A DNA stretch of 64,000 nt from Raillietiella orientalis (lineage: Eukaryota). The stretch lies in NCBI GenBank assembly GCA_036172245.1, contig JAYWIR010000069.1:1-64000 (forward strand), given 5' to 3'. A program made the position numbers and the translations under genes. The notes beneath the pieces were generated by a model. It was not told the origin of the DNA. It saw only the letters and a program-made list of their open reading frames with translations, and ran no database searches. The first letter of the stretch is position 1. Each line of letters opens with the position of its first letter. Positions 24,271 to 36,027 of the stretch are shown here, in pieces.

Positions 24271-26740
24271 GAAAACAACTCTTTTATAAGTGAACAAAAA
24301 GAAAAAAACAAGGCTGCGCGACCGTCTGCAGCCCCAGGCAATCGCAAGAGAGGCGTCCCGAAAATTCAGCTGCATTTCTGTACCAACCGAAGGTGGTACA
24401 ACTGCAGGTCACGTCAGGAGTGGAGAGTGGCGCGTGGGTGCACGGGCAGCACTGTGCATAGGTACAGAAGCGACACGGATGCCATTGCGAAATGCACGAT
24501 CCCTCAGACGATCACAGCACCAGCAGCGCCATTCACGCTGGGCGCAAGCAGGCATTCCTTTCCCTCAGCGTCCAAGCCCTTCCAGCAAATCCATGCTCAC
24601 AATTGCATGGCACTCGGTGAGCGCCATACAAGCACGAACAACCACGCCAGAGGCGCATGCGCCTGGCCTCCTTCGACCCATTGAGCGTAACCACGGAAAA
24701 AGAACATCAGAAAAAAGAATCATGAACTTCTGGCAGCGCTCGTTTGCTGTGCTCATGGTTATTTTGTCGGCTTTCAGGATTCGCGATTACGCGAGATTCC
24801 TATACGCTGCCCTGACGGCTCCTTCGCTAGACGAGGAGGCGCGCGAGTAGCTGCTCGCCTTCCCGCCCTCCGTTCGTCGCCCAACAAGGAGCTTTTTAGC
24901 CTCCGTTTCACGGACCGCGGAGTTTACGCATTCATGCGTGCTCCTCCCTCACCCCTCATCCCCTCAAGTCCCCCTGTTAGCCCCATTGCCTTCACCCAGT
25001 CCTCCCCGCTGACGTTCGCTGCCTGAGAGAACGCCTCAGCTCGCATCGACCAGGTAGCGAGGCCGGGGCTCCTCCTCCGCATCCAGCCGAGCAACTCAGC
25101 AGCTGATCGCAGAACACCTCCACCGTAACACCAGCAGAGCAGGCAGACCGGAGAAAGAGGGGCGCGCCGGCCGACGTGGGCGGCGCCGGCATGGCGCGCT
25201 CCCATCTCCGCAACAAGTAAATTCGCTGGCAACGGCTCTCTGCTGAGACATCACCACCAGCCGACAGGATACGCCTCCTTCCTTATCCTGCCACTAGCCC
25301 GGCTGCTTCTTTTGCTTCCGCTCTTCCGTTACCTGCAAGCTGCTGTCGGCAAAGTTGACGTGTCGCCCATAAAGGGCGTAGGCGAATATCAAGCATGAAA
25401 CGGAAAACTTTGTTGGCAAAGCTGCTGCCCTGCCTCTTTCTTCAGCAGTGATGCTGCGTATCACTTCACCACAACGCGGCACTCGACCAAAGCAACGTTT
25501 ATGTCAATCCCACTGACTGCCCGAAGGCATTCGAGTTTGCTGGTCGCATTCTTGGAGCGATGTCCACCCGACAGTGCACCACGGACGCGCCAGAGGAGCG
25601 TGGTCCACATTATCCGCACAGGACGGCTCAAAACGGGTGAGTGCAGCACACTTCTGGTGAGTGCTTTTGTTGAGCCATTCTTGTAGAGTTAACCGTGCTC
25701 GGTGCTGCTTCCAAGCTGCAAAGGACGGGCGTTCCACCGAAAGAAGATGGCATGCTCTGACATGGTGGCAGAACGGCAACTCGGTCGCAGCGGTGCTCCA
25801 ACCCTTTTTCTGCCGTGGGCGGACGGTTGGACAAAGGATACGGGGCATCCAGGTGCGCCACAATCCCTCGTGCTGTTCTCTGCGGGCCACCTCTGCACGC
25901 GCCCTTCAGTTGCCGTTACCGCCAGCAATGCACGCCTTTCACTTCCTACAGACAGCATCCAGAGGATACTCCACTTTTACTGCATTGGTTTACTACCAGG
26001 AAATAAAGGAAACAGCTGGAGGAGAAGTTGCCCTACTTGACGAATCCTGACATATCCTTGCTTCCGTTTGCCTTCCTGCGTAGTCCCTATCGCGTACTGC
26101 TTTAAGTACAGAATTCTTTCAGAATCGCCTGGACACGGACTGCAGCCTTGCTGCATTCGCTCGCATATTCCAGGCTTCCTGTTGTAAGCGTGGAAGGCTC
26201 AGGCAAGATGTGGAGATTCCCTTTTGGGAACCACTTCGCGTTTCCATATTGAAATGCGCTCTTGATGATCCTTTTCGCTTTAAAGATAATGTCGTCTTAA
26301 CGTTCTCTACTTTCTCCTTTTATCATCTTTCTACGCCGGAGTGCACACTTTTAGTTATTAAGCTGCAGGTTGTACCTTCTAACTCACCTGCTCTTACTTG
26401 CCCTCTATCTTTGCGCTGGAACACAGCAATGAACTTTGAACTCCATTCAACATTAACTGCGGGCGCGGAAGCATCAAACTCTTGCAGCAAGCACCGATAA
26501 AGCGCATCTGCGCAATGCAAGATGAATCCTGCAGAATCCTGTAGCTTTCATTTACAGACATCCCATTGCAGGAAGTTCCCACAAACGATATCAACAAAAA
26601 CAGTGCAGGAAGAGAAGGCGTAATGTAGAATGAATCACTTCAACCTTCGTTGTTTAAATGAGTAATGTGAGACTGCTAAAGCTTTCATCCGTTTTGCGGT
26701 GGAGGAAATCTTGGAGCTGTTTTTTCACTCTCACCAAAGT

Positions 26741-29203
26741 CCAGAAACTTTTACTTTCGAGTCACTTTGAAACATTTCCTTGGCGGCATCTCTGTTCATT
26801 CTCTTTTTGTTCCTTCGTATTCAGGCATACGTATATGTACATATATTTGTGCGTGCGTTGCAAATGTGCAGCTTGCGATTGCAAATCAGAGGCAACGCAG
26901 TGATTTTCGATTCCCTGAGGAGTCTGTCGGCTTTCATCTGTAGAACTCCACGTTCCGGTCTGCATCATGGTGTTTTGAACACTCTGGAAAAAAAGGGCTT
27001 TCCGTTTGATGGTTGCTGAAGGACACCGCACCTGAATGAAGAATGTGTTCCCAGCAGTACATAACCGTCGTATCGACTTCGTACATCGACGTTTGTATGG
27101 AGAGCCCGCCCTTAAGAATCCCTTGTATGAATTTAAGATGGGTACTCCGGTCACCCTGAGATTCTGCACGGGAGCCATCGCTGCTCAGCTGGTTAACCCT
27201 GTGCTCTTTTCACTGTTTTGGCTTTTCTGGTGGATGCCTCGGGCAGGACTTCCGGGAAACTGATCTCCCGTCTTCCTTCTTTTCCACATTCGGAAGCAGC
27301 AATTTCTAGTCCTTGGATCGAAATGCTGTTCTCGTAGAATCGTCCCAGCACGCGAAACCGTGGCCTTTTCTTGCAAGCTCTAAACATAACCTGCGCTGCA
27401 TTCGACGGCGCATGTGCGAAAATGGTTTTGCCGCCAATGGGTGACTCATTCTTTTTGACCACACACTAATCGCGTTTCGGAAAAAGAATGCACACTCTCC
27501 ACCTCGTCTTCCCTTCGTGGTTTGAGAGGAACCGTCTCAATCTCGGACCGGAGGAGAGCAAATTCCCTGAACCCTTCTGTTCTACCCGCTCACCCCCGAT
27601 GTCTTTAAGGTCCCCTTGTTAGTCGGATTAATCGCACCCATTGCACCTCGCTGACACTCGCAGTCTACGAGGATGTTTTATCCGACAGGTAGTGAGGGAT
27701 TCTGGTTTCGCAGAAGGCCGCGAAACCCTACAACTGTTTGCAGTCCGTTTTCATCAAAACACTTGTAGAAGAGGAAGACCTGAGAAAGAGGAGCGCACCG
27801 TTCGACGAGGGCGGCGCCGGCATGGCACATCTCGGCAGCGCGCGCAACCGAGCCATCTTGCACAGAATCCTGATAGCATCCCTTTCCCAAACAGGAGGAA
27901 TGTCCTCTCTTCTTTTTCTGTATCAAGGAAGCCTTCATCGTGGAGGGATACGGCGAGAAGAGCATTATCGTCCATTATGCAGAGTACCATGTGTGCAGAC
28001 GTCGTGCACATCAAAAGCACAGCGCGCCAAATGCTGTTCTTCGACGCACAAGTGAGGCCATCGCCTACACCCTTCCTTGCCAACCGCTTCCGTTAAGGTT
28101 ACATTTCGCATGTGGAATACCATCTTATGGAACCGCCTATACTCCAGGCACTCCAAGCCACTTTCTTCTTTCTCTTTTTCGCTAGTAATGGATCTCCGGA
28201 GCCTTCGTATCAATGAAGAATTCCCCCTCGTCTTTTATTGCCCCAAGTGAAAGAGGAGCAAGAAGAAGAAGTCTTTGCGCGGAACTGCAAACGGCATTTC
28301 AGTGGTATCGCAATTCGGAAGCAGCGGCGATGGCCACCCATGCACCAGCAGCAGTAGGAATTCGACGAGTGGCAGAAAGGAAGACGTCAGCTGAGATGAC
28401 CCTCGCTAAACAAATCGGCGGAGTAGTTTCACTTCGACGGATATTGAAGACCGCACTCCCAGGGAGCCCAGCTCTGCTTCAGAAAAGCCTTCGGAACGCG
28501 TGTTCGTCATCTCTCTTGTTCTCGCTCTGCTACCCGGATTGATGTCAGGGACAAGGCAGTGGACGTCCGTCAAGGAAGAGCTCCAGTCCCGTGGGAGACA
28601 CTTCCACGTCATACGCAGAGACTTGCCTGAAAATCTGGAAAGAAGAGAACAAACAGTACCATCGAGTACGGTACGGATGCGGCCTTTAGACTGAAAGGAA
28701 TGTGAAGTGGAATCTGCGCAGAGGGAAAGACGAGGGCATCTAGGGGAGACTCCAGTGGACCGTTCAGGATGACGAGAGCATCGCTGAGCCCCAAAGCGCC
28801 GGAATAACTCGCTACTGACGTGTAGCTGATGGTTGCTCACCGGAAGAAACGAGCGGATTCCGAGCTCACCCAAGGAACAATGCAAGTTTTCCGGCAGCTT
28901 CGATTCGACTATCATTTCTACTAGAAACTTCAGTCTGCACTGCCCCTGGCGACGAACTGGCGGCATGACTTCACATACTAAATGGAGCACTGCCGTGACC
29001 CTCCAGCCGAGAACTCCGCTGTTCATCTGGTGCTCGTGGGGCGGCCTTTCTTGCAAGATGAGGCAGCAAGCCAGCCGACTCGTAAAGCAAGAAGGACAGG
29101 AAAATCATGCAGCACGCATCCAAAGCGGATCCGAAGGAGAACCAACTGAAGGGATCGAAAGCGTGCACGAAAGAAGCGGGTAAACGATGACCCAGCGTGT
29201 CCG
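26741..29203. repeat. Copy 2 of the 2463-bp duplication, containing the in-context FUK last exon and 3' UTR
   Basis: Same sequence as 5133-7595. Confidence 0.97.
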
Positions 29204-32200
29204 CTTCCACCATCAGGCGAGAAATCAGCAGGTGAAGCCCATGTTTACCGCAGGAATAGAGCGAACGTGCGGATTGGCAGCACAAATGGAATGTGGCTCT
29301 AGAAATCACTGTTTGACCCCGTGGACGTGAGCTTTTCGCGGCTGGTCAGTGGAATGGAACGATGCCACGCAGTTAACCGGGAGAGACCTCTCGGCAGCGA
29401 GCGAGATCGCCGGCAGTAAGAGAAGTGCTTCTTCTCCTTGTCCTCACCCCTCTTTCTCCCTGAGCACTCCGTTCGGCACGGCACGCCTACTGGCGTGAGG
29501 AAGCGAACCAGAGGGAAATCGAGACTCCGGCCGAAGCCTCCGCAAGTGAGAACAGAGAACCCATGACCTCCTTCCATTGAGTGGGAAGCGAGCGCAGTGG
29601 GCGCCACCTACCTGGATGCTCCGGAGGCGTTCAAGGATTGCGTCCTTCGAGTGGGGCTCCTTGGAAATCGCGAGAAGAAATCCCCCACCTCCTGCCCCAG
29701 CCAGGACCTGAGTCGCAGTGCAGAAACCAAATGTGACCCCAGTCGGCCTGGGACGCACCTGTCCGTGCAAGATGGGTTTTATAGCCGCCATCATTCCGGC
29801 CACGTACGCCGATTCGCACCCGGGGGCTATGATCTTCTTCAGGGTCCAGTATTCGTCCAGGAGCCTCCCCAGCTCCCGCATGTCTCCTTGGGAAAGCAGT
29901 AAGGGTTTCGAGAAGGATAGAGGAGCAGACTGGGTTGCGCGCCATCCCACCCAACCTTGCGAAACAGATCGCCTCGAAAGGAAGAGGCGAAATATCTTCG
30001 CCTCGGCACTCTTCGTCAGGGACCTCGGCATGACCGAGGTCCCTGCTCGTGCACATGCTCGCACGCTTACATGCAGAAGGGGAATCGAGCAAACCCCGCT
30101 TGACCTCCGCTATAGGACACTGCAGGCTCAAGAACTTCCTCCGCTGAGTCAAAGGTGCGCGCGAAAAAAATGCACCGGAAGCCTTCGACCGCTGCGGTCG
30201 TCCTTTTCTTCTGTGACCAGCGGAGGCCGCAGTCTCTTCTGTTCGCCAACAGAACGGACGGTTGCTCACAGAAGCAGATCATCCCCACGCTCGGGCGCCA
30301 TTCCCTGAGGCGCTGAAAGGGAAATCTCGAGGAACTCCAAAGGACGCAGAGGCCCGTTGGCGCGAGCATCCGCACACATTATGTGTCGCGCCCTCTCCAG
30401 GCAACGCTCTTGCGCAAAGTCCAACGTCCACGAGCGTTCTTCGGAGCGAAGTGTGCAAGGGTTCACAGCAGCAGCAGCAGCCGTTGCTCACTCTTCGGCA
30501 CCGAAGGTCGCCCTCCAGGAGGACGGGGAAAGCGCCACAGTGTCCTTTTTTCACCGTTCTTTCCCGCGGGCGCCTTCGCGCACCGCTCGAGGACTCCTCA
30601 GGCGCCATCAACGCCCACCGCGTTCTTGACCCCATCTCCGCAGATTCCGGAGCGCGAGGGCATCCTAGGGAGCACGCGAGCGGTAGCAGCATCCCCAATG
30701 GACGTGGCTAGGAGACGGAGGGCAGAGCGTTCGGTAATTCCAGCAGGAAGCGTGGATCATCAACCCGATGGAGGAAAAGAGAGCGTCGGCAGGCGTTACG
30801 GAAAAGAGCGAGAAGCACGGATGTCTCCCTGGTGACGCGGCGAATGCCGTCCGACCTTCCCCTTGGGTTGCGCGGCATCCTCTGCGCTTGCACAGTCCGA
30901 CAGGAGAAGTCCGAAACACGACGAAGACGACGATGTGACTCTTTGCCCAACTCTTTGCCCGACACCACTTGGAGGCGGAGGCGAACGTCCGGAACGTCGC
31001 TTACGTCATCACCCCGTCCGTTCATGCTAGAGGCATCTCAACTCTAAGTATCCGAGAGGTCACGCTGCATGAGAGCGAGAAAATCGTTCGTCCACCGTCC
31101 CGATCGACCGACCGGCTCGGCGATGACCCCTTTCGCTCACTCCCGTCTCTTCCCTCCGCGTTGCCTCGAAGAAACTTGCAAGGAATCCCCACGCAACGCT
31201 GAGGAGCCAGGTTTCCGGATCCTTGGACGCTCCCCTCGGTCGTGCGGATGAAGTCCGGAGGGTACGAGATCCCCGTGCACGAGGCGACACGCCGGCAGCG
31301 GTCGGGATGCGGGAAGAAAAAAAAATGGTGGTAGAGAGCCGGCCTTTGCACCCCGCAGGCCCAAGCAGCCATCGGATCGCATCTCGCGGGCCGCCGTCCA
31401 GTCGCGGAGACAAAAGAGAGAGTCGCCCCCTCTTCCGGACGCTGCTGACTACTGCACGGCAGAGATGAGAGCTCCAGAACCCCGCCCCATTTCTCCTCGG
31501 AGCTCACCGCGCCTCACGGCATCGCAGGTGCCCGGGACAAGTTGACGAAGCTCCCGGAACGCGAGCGCCATCCCACCCTCGTTGGTGTACCAGCAACGGA
31601 TGACATTCTGGAAGGCAAGGAGGAGGGGAACGGTTGCGAAAAGGGCGAGCGGCGGAAGGGGTGGAACAGACCTGGACAATGTTCCTCGCCAGGCGAACCT
31701 TCCCGGTGTACAGCAGGACCATGTGGGCGTTGAGGGTGGCCACGGCACGAGCGCTGCACTGGACGGATTCCACTTCCACCTTCAGGGGAGAGCCGCCGTC
31801 GTCGCTGCCGCGTATAGACGCGCCCTTAGAGGACCCCAGGCACACGCCGGCGTACAGGCCGCCGAGCTGGTCTTGCCATCCACCCGCGGTAGTCAGCATC
31901 TGTTCCACGCACAGGGCCTGTCCGGGAAAGGGAAGGAGGAAAAGTTTCTCCCCCTTTGCCGGTAACTTTTCCCTTTACCGCATGCGCGAGGTCCAGGCGG
32001 GTGAACGTGGTGCCCATGAGCGTCCATACCACGGACAAGACCGCGGAGATGAGGATGCTGCTGGTGCCCAGCCCGGATCCTAGAGGCACCTCCGACGAAT
32101 GCTCCAGTAGGAGTCCTCCACCGATCTGCGCGCGAAGAGAGAGGAGACGCGGAAGATGCGATTCTTTGGCGAAGATTCGATCGCAGGCGGGCGCGCCGGG

Positions 32201-35200
32201 GGAAGGGACCACGGAGCGGGGGAGAACTGACCTTGTTCTCCAGCTGCTGCCGCAGGTTCGTCGCAGAGGTCACGTCCACGACTCCGGCGAACACCAGCAC
32301 GGCCTTGCAGAGCACACCTCTGGAGGCAGGGTCGCGGATATCGCCCACGTCCTCCAGCCGGTCCAGTGTCAGATCCCTGGAGCGCGCACTGCAGCAGCGC
32401 TCCCTGAGGACGACGCGGAACTCGCGAGTGACCTCGCCCCTTACCACCAAGGGCTTCTGCAAAAGAAGGGAGGGGTCACTTTCACACAAGAGCCGCGGGC
32501 GGCCGCAAGAGGGTGCCCAGCAGACACCGGAGGCGGTGCGATTTTCGTAGCCACCCGCGGCGGCGGCGCCAGAAACGAGGGGGGATAGCAAGAGAGAGAC
32601 GTCGGAAAGGGGTCGCTTGAGGTTCGCGGTCCCTCCTGCGCCGCAGGCGGCGGTGGCGGCTCCGAAGCCCCCTGCCCACCTGGCCGTTGATGAGGACGCC
32701 GACGTTCAGCACGGCTCCCCCCTGCTCGTAGCAAATGGGCGGGGTGTCACTCCACCCGCCCTGCAGATCCACGCGCACGGGGCACCGTGCCTCGGCGACG
32801 GCTCCGGGACCCACCGCGTGGGTCACGGAACCCGCGGGCCCTATCCACCGGCGCACGGACATGACCGTGCGCTGGACAAGTAGCTGGGCTGCCCTCTCGT
32901 AGTGGCGAGCCGCACGCAGCATTCGGCACGGGTGGTCCATCCAGCCGCGCCTCTCCGCGGCGAGCTCCAGCACGCCTCCCTGGAGGTCGCCCGCCTGGGA
33001 GCGGATGGTCGTGAGCAGGATGCGGCCGCCGACCCCGACCTACCTCGAGAAGACCGAAGGCTTTGCCCCAAGCCCTGTTGTTCCCGGGACCGCTGCGCAC
33101 GACGAGGGGGCCTCCGGCAAGGCACGAGAGAACGTCCGCCGCGAGAGTTAAGAACCGGGACGTGACGTGCGCTGGACCCCGCGAGGACACCTCTTCGAAG
33201 CCCTGGAGCAAGGAAGGCCACCATCCCTCTTCGGAGAAAAAGACGGCAGGAGTGAGCGAGCGAAGGGAGGGGGCGAGGGGGGAAGTATGCAAACCCGCAC
33301 ACGCTGAGACGATGAGGGGACGCCAGGAGATGCCATCCAGGCCGCGGCCAGCCGCCAGCGCGCCCTGCAGGGACGTCCGGGGGATTCGCCTGGAAGCCTC
33401 GACGTGGGCCCCGACGTCGCTCGAGGTTAGAAGCCGCCTCAGGCTGTACCTCCTCGGCTGGGCCTTTGCCCACGCGGATGAGACCCGCAGCCTCTCGTGG
33501 TCCCTTGATATTAGGGCCTCCACGTAGTCCAGGGCCTCGGCTGGCCCTAGAGCCGGGTACAGGGCGGCATCGTAGAGAGGTCCGCCGCGGCCGATCCATA
33601 GATCCTCCGGGGAGAAGCCAGTGGAGGCCAGGAACTCCGACCAGGGCGCGTTGAGGAAGGTCGCAGCGTCCGAGACGTCCTTCGGGCAGTCCGACGTTCC
33701 AAACACGGCCAGCACTACGACCGCCCCCGCGGCGGAAGCGGGAGTCTCCCTGACTTGGAACTGGATGACGGCCGTTTCCCTAGCGACGCGCATGTCGCGG
33801 TCCTGGAGAGACGGGGGAACGAGAAGGTAAAGACGGAGAGCTAGGAAGAAACCGGCGAGCTGACCTTGAAGAGGGAGAAGTCCACGCCGCATAGGAAGCA
33901 GCCGTCCTCCACGAACACCCGCCGCGGTCCGGGAACCATGCAGTGCTGCATCGTGGAGCGTCCCTCTACCTCCAGGGGCACACCTTCCCCAACCACGTTC
34001 AGCAGATCCAGCCCATGTGCCCCACTCCCTCTCTCCGGGAGCTGACTGAACGACGACAACAGCGTCCCGCGGTAGGAGTCCAGAGGCAGCGAATCGTCCA
34101 GATAGACATGCCGGCCGGTCAGCGCAGCCGCGTGAAGTCGGTAGCTCCTCAGGGAGCTCCATAGTGCCTCCCTGGAAACGAGCCAGGGGAAGGCGCCGCT
34201 GCCGTCGCCTCCGTCCCCCTTCCAACGGCCTCACCTGAATTCCCCCATGGTTTCTCCGGAGCAGGCCGAAGAGTCGTATCCCTTGGCAGCGTGGTAGGCC
34301 TCCCCGAACGCCCCCGAGCAGAACGCCTCCCGAGTCACTCCCGGACACATGGGAGGGAGGAGGTCAAAGAACAGGGAGACCTGGAGGGGGCCGTAAAAGT
34401 CCTCCCTGGGAGGAGGAAAGAGCGCGCGCGCGCACCTGCAAGGCGTCGCCTCCGGCATCGACGCCGCAATAGGTGCACCGGTCCAGCAGACAGGCTCCCG
34501 GAAGCGTCAGCAGTCCCTCCGCGAGGGCCGTCGACAGGAACACCACGCCGGCGAGCAGCTCCACCAGTCCGTCCGAGCGGGTCAGCTCCTCTGCGGCACG
34601 GAGGTGAGCGGAAGAACAGGGGTTTGGTTTCGCCCCGGGTGACGGGGAAGTCCCGAGTGGACAGCGGATAGAGGAAGGGGGGAGGGGGGAATGCAGCACG
34701 TTCCCATGTTACCCCCTACGCACCCAAGGCGGCAGCAGTCCCCATGTATACGATGGTGTCCACCTCCTTGCCGTCCGGGCCGCGGACGATGACACCATGC
34801 CTGGTGGCGTAGGAGACCGTACCGGGCACGCTAAAGAGGACAGCGTCCGCTGAGCGGTCCCAGGAGAGGGAAGCGCCTCCTTCGGCAACGTTCACGTCCA
34901 GGAACACGTCCGTGCTGCAGACCCAGACTCCTGGCTCACGCCCCCTCTTCAGCTGCAGCCAGCACGAAAACACCGGAAAAGAGAGGGACGTCAGCACCGG
35001 CTCAGGCGAGAAGTCTGCGTCGTCCGAGCAGTGCACGATGGATGACAGAGCGGAGATGCCGTCGAAAGACAGCTGGCGGCCGCGGAGGCAACCAAGGTTG
35101 TGGAGACTCAGCACCAAGATGGGACCGTTCGCGGTTCCACCCCCGTAACCCACCGCCCTGGAGGCAGCAGCAGCCTCCTCGACATGTGGAACCGCCAGAC

Positions 35201-36027
35201 CCGCAACGGTCGCTTCCTCTGCGATGCGCACGAGGCTGGCAGAGGAAAAGCAGCGGCAGCCAGGAGTTCGTCTCTTTCCGAGAATTCGATAGACACGGAG
35301 CCAGTAAGAAGGAGAGGGCAGCCTCATCCAGCGCGCACGACCTCGACAGGTCACCCCCGTCCACTCTCCGCCCCACTTCCGTTCACTTACCGAACTGCAC
35401 AGGTCCAAAGCGTGCAGCAGATTGCTGGGCGCGCAAAACCCCACGGCTTGCTGGCACTCCTGCCTTCCCGTGGGTGCCGGAACGAGGGCAAAGGCGTTCA
35501 GTCCCCGGGAGTAGATGGACTCCCTGCCCATGTGCAGGATGAGCACGTCGCAACCCTTCAGGACGTCCGTGGTGATCTGGAGACGGACAGAGCAGGTTGT
35601 CACACGGACCTGCCCGCAAGGACGAAGGGGGGCAGGAGGGATTAGGATCCCCGAGGCCCTGCGGCAACGGGGAGGAAGGGCAATCCGCCCGTTCCCGAAG
35701 GCACTCACACTCGCGAACCCTCTGCGTCCACTCAGCTGCTCGGCTACTACCAGCAGTGCGTTCATGGTGGCCGTGCCGCTGCCCAGGTTCACGGAGGGGT
35801 CCTCTACCGTGATGCACACGCAGTCCGAGTTCAACCATCCCTTCTTGACCAGCAGCTTTTGCTCTGCAGAGGAGACCTGGCCGGTAGGTGGAGCCCCCTC
35901 GCCGCAGGAAGCAAAAGGATAGAGAAGAGGAGATCTCACCGCACTGCAGAGCGTCCAGCCAGACGGTAGAAGAGCAGGTGAAAACCACCGCTGACCACTG
36001 GTACCGCGATGCGCCGACAGAAGCCAT
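28545..36027 (-). CDS. FCSK: L-fucose kinase (animal FCSK/FUK type), 17 exons: 36027-35940, 35863-35709, 35576-35391, 34952-34724, 34590-34436, 34380-34235, 34171-33865, 33802-33295, 33228-33044, 32994-32680, 32456-32232, 32125-31979, 31917-31672, 31607-31508, 29886-29759, 29707-29612, 28634-28545; about 1101 aa
   Basis: Motifs VEDP..NLGSGTATMNALLV, PGVWVCSTD, VSLFFDLL, RAARHYERA, CPVRVDLQGGWSDTPP, the GHMP motif PLGSGLGTSS, EQMLTTAGGWQDQLGG, LYTGKVRLARN and LAGAGGGGF. All introns are GT-AG with compatible phases; AATAAA lies at 28234-28239 (minus). Confidence 0.95.

Noticed and set aside
25490..25570. VYVNPTDCPKAFEFAGRILGAM resembles a HECT-domain segment
   Set aside because: A stop lies just upstream, and there are no other HECT motifs or compatible exon chain.
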